Virus record (IMG/VR): IMGVR_UViG_3300035198_000053
Coordinates: 1 to 64,000 of that record
Source: a virus
Length of the DNA stretch: 64,000 nt
Strand: one strand, 5' to 3'
Both the position numbers and the translations under genes were made by a program. The notes below the pieces were generated by a model. The model did no database searches. It saw nothing but the letters and a program-made list of their open reading frames with translations, and was not told the DNA's origin. Positions 1 to 8,421 of the stretch are shown here, piece by piece. Position 1 is the stretch's first letter. The number at the start of each line of letters is the position of its first letter.

Positions 1-63
1 CGCGCGGTAAATAAGGCGAAGACGCGGGAATTCATAAAGCGACAAGGGGAGCTCTTCTTATGA
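1..63 (+). CDS. 3' end of a CDS truncated by the window edge (...REFIKRQGELFL*)
   Basis: Open frame from base 1 to TGA 61-63, overlapping the next ATG (ATGA). Confidence 0.5.
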   Translation, partial: RAVNKAKTREFIKRQGELFL

Positions 64-461
64 TCGAGTTCACGGTCCAGGGTGTTGCGGTTCCATATAT
101 CCGGATGACGCAGGGACAGGTGAAGTTGATGAGGATCCCTGAATATAAACTGAGCCCGGCGCGGCTTAAAGTAAGGCAAAGGTTGAAGAAATACTTCGAC
201 TGGAAAGAATGGGTCTACGCTAATTCTCTGGGAAAGAATTTCGATCGACGGCCGAAGCGGAAGATCTATGTTGACGTGTTCGTTTACTTTCAGAACAAGG
301 CACACGGCGATGTTGATAACGTACTGAAGGGAATCTATGATTCACTTTTTGAGAACGACAAGATGGTGGCTGGATCTATGGACTTCGACTATGATGCCAC
401 GAACCCGAGATGCGAGATACGAATACATTCGGGGCAAAAGGAGGACACATGCTCTGGCTGA
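60..461 (+). CDS. rusA: RusA-family Holliday junction resolvase
   Basis: GDVDNVLKGIYDSL...NDKMV motif and C-terminal PRCEIRI strand, 133 aa. Confidence 0.8.
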   Translation: MIEFTVQGVAVPYIRMTQGQVKLMRIPEYKLSPARLKVRQRLKKYFDWKEWVYANSLGKNFDRRPKRKIYVDVFVYFQNKAHGDVDNVLKGIYDSLFENDKMVAGSMDFDYDATNPRCEIRIHSGQKEDTCSG

Positions 462-1177
462 TTCTTAAATATTGGTTTCGTGAAGAAGAAATAAAGGCAA
501 TCTCTACGCATCGAGAAACTGATGTATTCAATCTGTCAACAGAATGTGAGAATTATATCGCAAACGGATTTATTGTTCATAATTGCTACATGAAATCCAT
601 TCCGTTCCAGCCAAAAGAACCGACCTTTAGCGAGAAGGCCCTTTCCGACAACTTCGGCGCGGGGAAAAGGATATTCGTGGGTTCGTCCTTTGATATCTTT
701 TCCGAGAGCGTCCCCGAGGCCTGGATAGCCGAGACGATCAGGAAGTGCCGAAATAATCCCGAGAACTCATATCTTTTCCAGACCAAGAATCCGGGCAGGA
801 TGATCTATTTCGCGCTCGCGTTCCCGATCCAGGCGGAGGTTATGCTCGGGGTCACGCTCGAATCGAATAGAAATTATCCCGTCAGCGACGCGCCGAAGAT
901 ACAGGACAGAGTCACAGCGATGGAGGTTCTCCGGGAGGAATACGGTTTCCACGTCATGGTGAGCGTTGAGCCGGTGCTAGATTTCGACGTCAACGAGTTT
1001 GCGGACATGATCGGAGGAATACGTCCCGATTTTGTTTCCATCGGAGCGGACAGCAAGGGGCATGGGCTGATCGAGCCCCCGTGGGACAAGATCCGGGAGT
1101 TGATATCACTGCTGGAGATTTTTACCGAAGTAAAACAAAAGGACAATCTTTCACGATTGAAAAAGACGCAATGCTAA
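449..1177 (+). CDS. Gp37Gp68/DUF5131 radical-SAM-like protein, C-terminal part, preceded by a 45-aa intein C-fragment
   Basis: AGGAGG RBS then ATG 449; VFNLSTECENYIANGFIVHN/C intein blocks F/G; then CYMK, IFVGSSFDIF, YLFQTKNP, VSVEPVL. Confidence 0.8.
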   Translation: MLWLILKYWFREEEIKAISTHRETDVFNLSTECENYIANGFIVHNCYMKSIPFQPKEPTFSEKALSDNFGAGKRIFVGSSFDIFSESVPEAWIAETIRKCRNNPENSYLFQTKNPGRMIYFALAFPIQAEVMLGVTLESNRNYPVSDAPKIQDRVTAMEVLREEYGFHVMVSVEPVLDFDVNEFADMIGGIRPDFVSIGADSKGHGLIEPPWDKIRELISLLEIFTEVKQKDNLSRLKKTQC

Positions 1178-1368
1178 ATCGACAACCAGACAGCGATGAT
1201 ATGGTAGAGTTCCCGTTCGACCGCATAGAGAGGGAGATGGATTTGGCTCTCCTTGTAGATTTCGGCGACAAGAAGATCTGGCTGCCAAAAAGCGAAGTGG
1301 ACTACCGGGCGTGGTCTAAGATCATCGGCGTGAAAGCATGGCTGGCGGAGAGGAAGGGGCTTGTTTAA
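1171..1368 (+). CDS. small phage hypothetical protein (...ALLVDFGDKKIWLPKSEV...)
   Basis: ATG overlaps the upstream stop; resembles a common small phage beta-barrel family. Confidence 0.55.
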   Translation: MLNRQPDSDDMVEFPFDRIEREMDLALLVDFGDKKIWLPKSEVDYRAWSKIIGVKAWLAERKGLV

Positions 1369-1405
1369 GAGGTCACACCTTAACCAGGAGGGGGGAGGAA
1401 GGGTC

Positions 1406-2272
1406 ATGAAAGCAAGAGGGAGATGGATGATGGTTTTTGTTTTGGTGTTTGGTCTTCTTGGAGTGAATGGGGCCTACGCGGAGGGGAAGGACTGCCCGGA
1501 AGATCCAGGGGGCAATGCAACGGCGATCGCCACCGGGATCGGTATCGGAGGGCAGGGCGGTCAAGGAGGACAAGGGGGTCAAGGAGGACAAGGGGGTCAG
1601 GGAGGAAAGGGGGGGGATGCGCTGGCCATTGGGGGCGGGGCAAAGGTAGATAACACGGCGAACCCGACCAATACTTTTAACCCGACGAATATAGTTACCC
1701 CACAGCAGTCCCAGGGCCAAGATCAGAAACAGGGGCAGACTCAGGGACAGATGCAAGGCCAAGGGCAAGATCAGGGACAGGACCAGTTTGGTTTCGTGTC
1801 TGTAGACATCGATAATCCAAGGCCGTACCTGAATCCTCCGGCCATCCCGGTGCCGGAACTGAACTTCATCCCCGGCGCGTTCAAGAAGATCACGGATTTC
1901 TTCCCCAACCTTGACTTCCCGGCGAAGTACAACGGGAAGGACAAGATCAACCGGAAGCGGATCGCCGTTTTCGACGGATTCAAGTTACTTTTCGTGGCGG
2001 CCAGGATACGCCTTGAGGAGGCCGTGACGAAGATCGTGGAAAAGGCCGAGGATCTGTGGTTTCACCACGGCTGGGATCCGATGAAGATGGTCTATGAGGT
2101 CGTGGTCAGGGACGAGACTCAGGCCTGGACCACAGGGGGGAGCATCACCGGGGCCGTGGCGGCGAACAACGGCGGGACCGGAACGTCCGGAGTTGGGGGG
2201 TTAGTACCATCGTTTGGCTCCGTTCTGACAAACCCCAGGATCACGATTTTCATCTACGAGCTTGCCAGGTAG
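1406..2272 (+). CDS. secreted protein with Gly/Gln-rich low-complexity repeats
   Basis: Strong RBS; signal peptide ending AYA; (GGQ)5 and QGQ tracts. Confidence 0.7.
   Translation: MKARGRWMMVFVLVFGLLGVNGAYAEGKDCPEDPGGNATAIATGIGIGGQGGQGGQGGQGGQGGQGGKGGDALAIGGGAKVDNTANPTNTFNPTNIVTPQQSQGQDQKQGQTQGQMQGQGQDQGQDQFGFVSVDIDNPRPYLNPPAIPVPELNFIPGAFKKITDFFPNLDFPAKYNGKDKINRKRIAVFDGFKLLFVAARIRLEEAVTKIVEKAEDLWFHHGWDPMKMVYEVVVRDETQAWTTGGSITGAVAANNGGTGTSGVGGLVPSFGSVLTNPRITIFIYELAR
1548..1613 (+). repeat. coding tandem repeat, 9/18-nt period (GGQ)n
   Basis: ggtcaaggaggacaaggg repeated. Confidence 0.85.
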
Positions 2273-2436
2273 GGGAAAGGGTAGGGGGGATAGGTTTTCT
2301 CTCGTCCTGAGCGATCCTGGCTATTGTGGGGCGTATAAACGGAAGCAGCGGCGATTAAAATCCAGAAAAAGGCGGGGCGACGAGGGCAAAACGGGGGAAA
2401 CGCCCGGGGGTCTACCCCGCCGGAAAGGGGAGATAA

Positions 2437-2760
2437 ATGAAGAAGCGGGTATTTTTGTCTATAGTTTTGATTATTTGGGGAACGATTGGGCTGTTTGTCT
2501 TGATTCATTTAGCCGTGGCCGGGGAAAGGGAGGATCTTCAGCAGGCTTTTCAGCAGCGGCAGACGGCGCTCGGGCAGGCCAATACGCAGATCCAGGCGCA
2601 GCAGGCCGTCATAGACGCCGGAGTCAGGCAGATCACGGACGCGCAGAACCGGAAGGACCAGGCGGCAGGGCAGTTAAATCAATTGCAGATGGAGATGGGC
2701 GCGATACAAAGGCGGCTAATGGAACTTGAAAGGCCCCCGGTGGAACAGCCGGGCAAGTAA
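2437..2760 (+). CDS. N-terminally anchored or secreted Gln-rich coiled-coil protein
   Basis: Hydrophobic N-terminus, heptad Q/L pattern, RBS GGGGAG. Confidence 0.65.
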   Translation: MKKRVFLSIVLIIWGTIGLFVLIHLAVAGEREDLQQAFQQRQTALGQANTQIQAQQAVIDAGVRQITDAQNRKDQAAGQLNQLQMEMGAIQRRLMELERPPVEQPGK

Positions 2761-3215
2761 GCGAGGGAAGCGTCGGCGAGATCCAAGAACTTCTTGCTGA
2801 ATACGGAGCCTGCACCGTTGTGATCGAATACGAGAACAACGACATCAAGGCAGTGAGCTTCAAATACGAGACAGATGGGGAGAAGGTTCCCTACCGCCTT
2901 CCGTGCGAATGGCGGGCTATCAGCGAGATACTTTCGGGCCGGCACAAAAGGCGCTCGTACAAGAAGGATCTGGACGCGGAGGCAAAGAAGATAGCGTGGA
3001 GACAGGCAAGGCGTTGGGTCGAATCACAGCTCGCTTACCTTGAGACGAAGCAGGTCAAATTTGAGCAAGCCTTTTTGGCCTATCGACTTATCTCTCCCAC
3101 CTAAACGATTTATGAAAGGCTAGAGGCGATGAAATTTAAACTGATTCCTTTCAAGAAGGCGAAGGAAGACGTTGCGCAACACGAGAAAGACAATGCAATC
3201 GATATAGTGGGCTAA
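2757..3215 (+). pseudogene. degraded conserved phage hypothetical gene (start lost, internal TAA at 3102)
   Basis: Frame reads SVGEIQELLAEYGA...IAWRQARRWVESQLA...AFLAYRLISPT*TIYERLEAMKF; protein-like sequence continues past the stop. Confidence 0.55.
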
Positions 3216-3240
3216 GGTGGGATTAGTTGTTGCGGGTGCC

Positions 3241-3951
3241 ATGCGCGATTCCGCAACAGAAAGACAACTGACCGTGGGCAAGATGAAAGTCGATTACGAA
3301 CAGGCACTTAGGCTTTTCAATGAGGACCACCTATCCCCGGCGGAGATAGCGCGTCAATTCGGGGTCCACCGGAGCACGATCACGCGGGTTCTCCGGCAGC
3401 TTCAGGGGAAAATCCCGGAGGGGATGCCTAGCGTGGTGGCTGCCCACAAGGTGGCGCGATACGCGGACTACCAGTTCGGTTTCGTGGAGCAGCAGAACAA
3501 GGACGTGAAAATCCTGAACAACCTTCTGGACCGGATCATACGGTACATCAACGGGGACAAGACCGCGTTCACCCCGATGCAGAAGAAGGTGGAGTCGAGG
3601 TCGGCGGAGGGGGGGCAGGAAGAGAAAGCGAAGAAGGGTAAAGAGGGCGCCTCGAAAAAGACGAAGGTAGAGCAGAAGATCGAGACGTTCGACTTCTCCA
3701 TAGACCCCCGCCTTCTCATGGTTCAGGTGATCCGAGAGGTCAGGGAGCATATGAAGCTTCAGCTTGACGCCCTCAACATGCTGGCCAACGCGCAGAACGT
3801 CCTTGCCTTTCAGCGCCACGTCCTGGACGTGATAGGGGAGATCGAGCCGGGGGCCCGGGAGAAGATCGTCAACCGGCTCAGGTCGGAGCACGCCATAAGG
3901 GCGTCGTTGATAATCAGCAAACCGGAGCAAAAAGACGGACTGCAGAATTGA
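3241..3951 (+). CDS. HTH protein, probable terminase small subunit
   Basis: SPAEIARQFGVHRSTITRVL HTH plus helical body, upstream of TerL. Confidence 0.6.
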   Translation: MRDSATERQLTVGKMKVDYEQALRLFNEDHLSPAEIARQFGVHRSTITRVLRQLQGKIPEGMPSVVAAHKVARYADYQFGFVEQQNKDVKILNNLLDRIIRYINGDKTAFTPMQKKVESRSAEGGQEEKAKKGKEGASKKTKVEQKIETFDFSIDPRLLMVQVIREVREHMKLQLDALNMLANAQNVLAFQRHVLDVIGEIEPGAREKIVNRLRSEHAIRASLIISKPEQKDGLQN

Positions 3952-3967
3952 GGGATGTAAGGGGAGT

Positions 3968-4405
3968 TTGGTGTGGGTACCGAGGAAGGACCACTTTCCG
4001 GGACATATGAGATGCCTGATCTGCGGGACACCGCATACAATAAAAGGCCGCCTTTGGGCGAGGAAGGGGTCTTCAACTCACGGCGTGGAGATGTATCCGA
4101 GAGGGGATGCGATGGAAAATCCAGAAAGTCCGGGGGAAATTCTGTCTGAGAAGAAGCTCTGCAAGATCTGCGGCAAGGAGAGAACGCGCGGACACCATCA
4201 CGGAAAGGCGAAGACAAGTACGCTTCCGGCGATCGCCGCACAAACGGACGCAGAGGAGACAAGCCCCTCCGAAAGGCTGATCTCCGTCCTGGACAAACGT
4301 GTTCTTGAATTGCGGAACCTGTATCTGGCCATCAAGGTTCTGAACGAGAACGGGGCCGGGATAGAGTTGCCGGACCACCTGAAAAGCTTAACTTTGGGGA
4401 TGTAG
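3968..4405 (+). CDS. hypothetical protein with CxxC motifs
   Basis: CLICG and CKICG; ends 1 nt before the TerL start; start uncertain. Confidence 0.5.
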   Translation: MVWVPRKDHFPGHMRCLICGTPHTIKGRLWARKGSSTHGVEMYPRGDAMENPESPGEILSEKKLCKICGKERTRGHHHGKAKTSTLPAIAAQTDAEETSPSERLISVLDKRVLELRNLYLAIKVLNENGAGIELPDHLKSLTLGM

Positions 4406-4406
4406 A

Positions 4407-5723
4407 ATGCCGGACAATTTCACGCCAGACCAGCTTTACGAGGGGCTTCTTTCCTCCATCGAGGACACGTACCGGATAACAAAGGACCCGATGGATATAG
4501 AGATCAAATTGAAAGAGGCTTTTCCTAAGCAAAGGTCTGCGATCGATGATCCGGCAAAGAGGAAAATTTTCAAGGTGGGCCGGCGCGGTGGTAAAACAGT
4601 TGGAGTGTCGATATTGGCGATCGAGGGATTGAAGAAGAAAAGAAGAGTCCTTTACGGCGCGCCCACTTCGGAGCAGCTCGACCAATTCTGGGCCGAGATC
4701 ACACAAGCTCTTGCCGAACCGATAGCCGACGGAAGGCTTTACAAGAACGAGACCCGGCACCTGATCGAGATGCGGGGGACACCGTACAGAATCAGGGCTA
4801 AAACGTGTTGGAATTCTGACATGCTCAGGGGAGATTGGGGTGATCTTTTGATCCTGGACGAATGGCAGCTCATGAGCGAGGACACGTGGGACCGCGTGGG
4901 TGCGCCGATGCTGATAGACAACAATGGCGATGCCGTCTTTCTCTACACGCCACCATCGCTCCATTCGAGATCGCTTTCCAAAGCAAAGGACCCGATGCAC
5001 GCGAGCAGGATGTTCAAAAAGGCGAAAGAGGATAAGACCGGATTGTGGGCGGCCTTTGAATGGACATCGCACGAGAACCCGCACTTAAGCGAGGAAGGAC
5101 TGAATAACGTCACCAAAGACATGAGCAGTCTCGCCTATCGCATGGAGATCCTAGTCCAAGAAGAGACGGAGGCTCCCGGAGCGCTCTGGAAGCGAAAGGA
5201 CATTGATGATCACAGAGTGAACGAGGTCCCGCAACTGACACGGATTGTGGTCGGAGTTGACCCGTCCGCATCCAGCACCGGCAACGAGGCCGGGATAATC
5301 ACGGCGGGGAAGAACGGGCAGGATGCTTACGTTCTGTCGGACAACTCCTTGCAGGGAAGCCCACTGACATGGGCGACGGCAGCGGTTAAGGCTTACGATG
5401 ATTTCAAGGCAGATTGCATAGTCGCCGAAGCGAATCAGGGCGGAGAGATGGTGGCGACTACTATCCATCAAATACGCAAGAATGTGAAGGTGAAGCTCGT
5501 CCATGCATCCAGGGGGAAGCAGACCAGGGCGGAACCCGTGTCCGCACAGGGAGAGAAGGGCCGGGTCCACCACGTTGGCACTTTCAATCAATTGGAAGAT
5601 GAGCTTTGTTTGTGGGTGCCGGGCGATGATTCCCCGAATAGGCTCGACGCCTACGTGTGGGCACTGACTGAACTCATGCTCGGAGGCGTCCCCGGCTTTA
5701 TCTTCATCGGGGGAAGGGGTTAA
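4407..5723 (+). CDS. terL: terminase large subunit
   Basis: Walker A GRRGGKT, Walker B LILDEW, nuclease VGVDP and DSPNRLDA. Confidence 0.95.
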   Translation: MPDNFTPDQLYEGLLSSIEDTYRITKDPMDIEIKLKEAFPKQRSAIDDPAKRKIFKVGRRGGKTVGVSILAIEGLKKKRRVLYGAPTSEQLDQFWAEITQALAEPIADGRLYKNETRHLIEMRGTPYRIRAKTCWNSDMLRGDWGDLLILDEWQLMSEDTWDRVGAPMLIDNNGDAVFLYTPPSLHSRSLSKAKDPMHASRMFKKAKEDKTGLWAAFEWTSHENPHLSEEGLNNVTKDMSSLAYRMEILVQEETEAPGALWKRKDIDDHRVNEVPQLTRIVVGVDPSASSTGNEAGIITAGKNGQDAYVLSDNSLQGSPLTWATAAVKAYDDFKADCIVAEANQGGEMVATTIHQIRKNVKVKLVHASRGKQTRAEPVSAQGEKGRVHHVGTFNQLEDELCLWVPGDDSPNRLDAYVWALTELMLGGVPGFIFIGGRG

Positions 5724-5774
5724 ATTCTGAGATCCGATCCGGACTTCGACACACGATACGAGGCCGTTTGCAGA

Positions 5775-6101
5775 GTGATGTCAGTCTACTTTGGGGACCC
5801 CAATTTCGTTCCCAAAAGGGATGACGTAGACCCGTTGAGGGAACAGGTGAAGGAGGACAGAAAGGTCAAGATGTTCTCTATCGAGTCGGCGGCGGAATGG
5901 CGGGTGAAGGTCCGCAACTCGTGGCGACGCATGGACGAACTCTATGATTGGGAGAAGATCTGGTTCAGGCGCTACCTGACGAACCGGGAGTACTTCGGGT
6001 TCTGGAAGTTCTATTTCGACGGGGTTTGGATACCGGAGGTGCAGGACGCGGTGAGAAAGATACATAGGAACATGGAGAAAAGCTATGTGTTTTTTGGCTG
6101 A
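5775..6101 (+). CDS. hypothetical aromatic-rich protein
   Basis: ORF fills the gap; codon usage matches neighbours. Confidence 0.5.
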   Translation: MMSVYFGDPNFVPKRDDVDPLREQVKEDRKVKMFSIESAAEWRVKVRNSWRRMDELYDWEKIWFRRYLTNREYFGFWKFYFDGVWIPEVQDAVRKIHRNMEKSYVFFG

Positions 6102-6115
6102 GAAAGTGTGTAGCA

Positions 6116-7141
6116 ATGAATCGTAATAGACTTATTTTGATTGCTGCATGGCTTCTCCTGTTCGGGACCGTCCTGGTCTACTACCCCTCCCGCGCCGAGG
6201 ACTATGACATCTTCTATCATCTGAGATTCGGAGAGTATTTCGTGACCCACCACACCTTTCAGCTCGACCACTCCATCTTTTCCTGGACGCCCGCAGACTC
6301 GAGCTGGCGCTACGGGATCTGGCTCGGAAGCACAGCCCTTTATCTCGCATACAGGGCGTTCGGCCCGGCGGGTTTCTTCATAATCCAGTGGGGGATATTC
6401 CTGGCGATAGTCCTGCTCTACCTGCGGTTTGTGAGGAAGATCGGGGGAAGGGTCGGGCCGATCCACGTCTTTTCCCTCTTGCTTGCCTTCGTCGCGCTGA
6501 ATCTGACGGCAATATACATCAAGCCGGAGTTGTTCAGCACGCTGTTCTTTGCGGTATCGGCCTTCATCTACATCGCGGGGAAGACGGGACAGAAGAGACT
6601 TCTGTGGCTGCATCCTCCGCTCTTCCTTCTCTGGGTTAATACGCATGGGGGCTATCTGGCGGGACTAACCTTTTTGGGGATCGCGCTTGCCGGTGAGGTG
6701 TTGAACGGGATGTACTTCCAGGATAGGCGAATGGTAGTGCCGCTGGCGACGGTGTTTGTGCTGTCCTGCATTGCGGTGATGTTCAACCCCTACGGTCCGG
6801 CCTACCACGTGGGCATAATCAACACCTTCATCGGGGACGAGACTTACATGAGCTACGCCCGGCGGGTCTACGCATGGGTTGATATGTGGAGATACCTATT
6901 CCCGAAGGACGAGTTCGCCTTTAGGTTCGTGGACACGGCGTGGTGCCTGGTGATCATGATCGGGTCGTTCTCCACATTGGTCGCTTATCGGTTCGTGAAG
7001 ACGAAACGGGCAGACGTCGCCCTGATCCTCGTCAACGCGGCCTTCTTCTGGGAGGGGATGAGCGCGGCGCGGGTGACGATCTTCCTGCCGCTGATCTGGC
7101 TGTTCTCGATGGTGTATCTTGCGCATGAGGAAAAATCATGA
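6116..7141 (+). CDS. multi-pass membrane protein, GT-C-like glycosyltransferase, N-terminal half
   Basis: About 9-10 hydrophobic segments; DYDIFYHLRFGE first-loop motif, KPELFS, LWVNTHGGY, FNPYG. Confidence 0.7.
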   Translation: MNRNRLILIAAWLLLFGTVLVYYPSRAEDYDIFYHLRFGEYFVTHHTFQLDHSIFSWTPADSSWRYGIWLGSTALYLAYRAFGPAGFFIIQWGIFLAIVLLYLRFVRKIGGRVGPIHVFSLLLAFVALNLTAIYIKPELFSTLFFAVSAFIYIAGKTGQKRLLWLHPPLFLLWVNTHGGYLAGLTFLGIALAGEVLNGMYFQDRRMVVPLATVFVLSCIAVMFNPYGPAYHVGIINTFIGDETYMSYARRVYAWVDMWRYLFPKDEFAFRFVDTAWCLVIMIGSFSTLVAYRFVKTKRADVALILVNAAFFWEGMSAARVTIFLPLIWLFSMVYLAHEEKS

Positions 7142-8421
7142 CGTGGAGAATGTTGGATCTTTTTTCAGGCATCGGAGGTTTCAGCCTTGCCGCTCAATGG
7201 TGTTGGGGAGACGACCTTGAGATTCAGGCATTCGTGGAGATTGACAAGTTTTGTCAGAAGGTTCTCAAGAAGCATTGGCCGGAGGTTCCGATAATTGAAG
7301 ACATCACAAAGGTTGAGTGGGTTGTTGCCGACACCGCAGAGTATGGATGCACTGGACATCCCGAACGGAAATCAGGAGGAGAGGAAAAAGAAGGGTGGAT
7401 GTGCGAATCTGGGACAGAAAATCAGCGGATTGCTTCCAACTCCTCACGGATTCAGCCCAGATGGGAAGAGCAACGGACCCACGGGGAACGAATTAGGGTT
7501 TGCCTTAAATCACCGATCAACCTCCTCACCGGCGGATTCCCCTGCCAACCTTTTTCCTGCGCTGGGAAAAGAGCAGGAACAGAAGATGACCGCTTTCTCT
7601 GGCCAGAGATGCTTAGAGCGATTCAGGCAATTAAACCACGGTGGGTCTTGGCAGAGAATGTTTCTGGACTGCTTAGTCAACAAGACGGATTGGTATTCGA
7701 GAGAGTGTGTACTGACCTGGAAGCTGAAGAGTACGAGGTTCAGCCGGTTGTTATTCCAGCTTGCGGTGTCGGGGCGCCGCACAGAAGCGACAGGGTTTGG
7801 ATTGTTGCCCATAGCCTCAGGCAATCAATTCGAGGAAGATCCAATAACTTGGAACGAGAGAAACGACAAGATAAAAATAGATCCCCATTATCACGGAAGT
7901 TCGGGGAAACCGTTAGCGGTGAAGATCGCCATGCTTCACACGCCATCTGGACGGGAACCAGGGATATCTGTAGAGAGGTTTCAGGCGAGGGAAGGCGAAC
8001 CGGCCAAGATAGGCGAGAGGGCATACGACAGGGAAACAGGCAGGCTTGCTCAAGTGGGATTGCATTAACAGATTGCGATGCTTCCGACACCCAGGGCGAA
8101 CAAGCATTCCCCTCGGAGCCCGGAGGACTTCACCCCGAATCTTGCGGCAAGGATAGAGATGTTGCCGACACCGACCGGAAGGGATCACAAGTCGGAGAAA
8201 TGCTCAGAGGAAACCTGGGAGAGGAACGCCAGACCCCTTTCGGAAACTCTTGGCAAGAACACTGGTATGAAGTTGCAACCCGCCTTTGTCGAGTGGATGA
8301 TGGGGTTCCCCGAAGGGTGGACAGGCTTAAATCACTCGGAAACGCCATAGTGCCACAAGTGGCATTTCAGATCATGAAGGCGATAAAGGAAGTGGAAAAT
8401 AATGAGAACTCAAAAGATTAA
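7138..8421 (+). CDS. DNA (cytosine-5) methyltransferase, main (alpha) frame
   Basis: Motif I DLFSGIGG, IV GFPCQPFS, VI ENV, VIII (H)RSDRVW, X LGNAIVP. Confidence 0.92.
   Translation: MTWRMLDLFSGIGGFSLAAQWCWGDDLEIQAFVEIDKFCQKVLKKHWPEVPIIEDITKVEWVVADTAEYGCTGHPERKSGGEEKEGWMCESGTENQRIASNSSRIQPRWEEQRTHGERIRVCLKSPINLLTGGFPCQPFSCAGKRAGTEDDRFLWPEMLRAIQAIKPRWVLAENVSGLLSQQDGLVFERVCTDLEAEEYEVQPVVIPACGVGAPHRSDRVWIVAHSLRQSIRGRSNNLEREKRQDKNRSPLSRKFGETVSGEDRHASHAIWTGTRDICREVSGEGRRTGQDRREGIRQGNRQACSSGIALTDCDASDTQGEQAFPSEPGGLHPESCGKDRDVADTDRKGSQVGEMLRGNLGEERQTPFGNSWQEHWYEVATRLCRVDDGVPRRVDRLKSLGNAIVPQVAFQIMKAIKEVENNENSKD
7295..8350 (+). CDS. overlapping +1-frame polypeptide of the methyltransferase (LPTP repeats and motif IX-like end); one in-frame TAA at 8066, distal ORF 8078-8350
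   Basis: Six L/M-L-P-T-P-like units; KLQPAFVEWMMGFPEGWT. Confidence 0.65.

Noticed and set aside
2371-2421. Hairpin with GGGCAAA...GAAA resembling a c-di-GMP-I riboswitch
   Set aside because: Lacks the following GACGCAAA and P3 stem; treated as a plain GC hairpin
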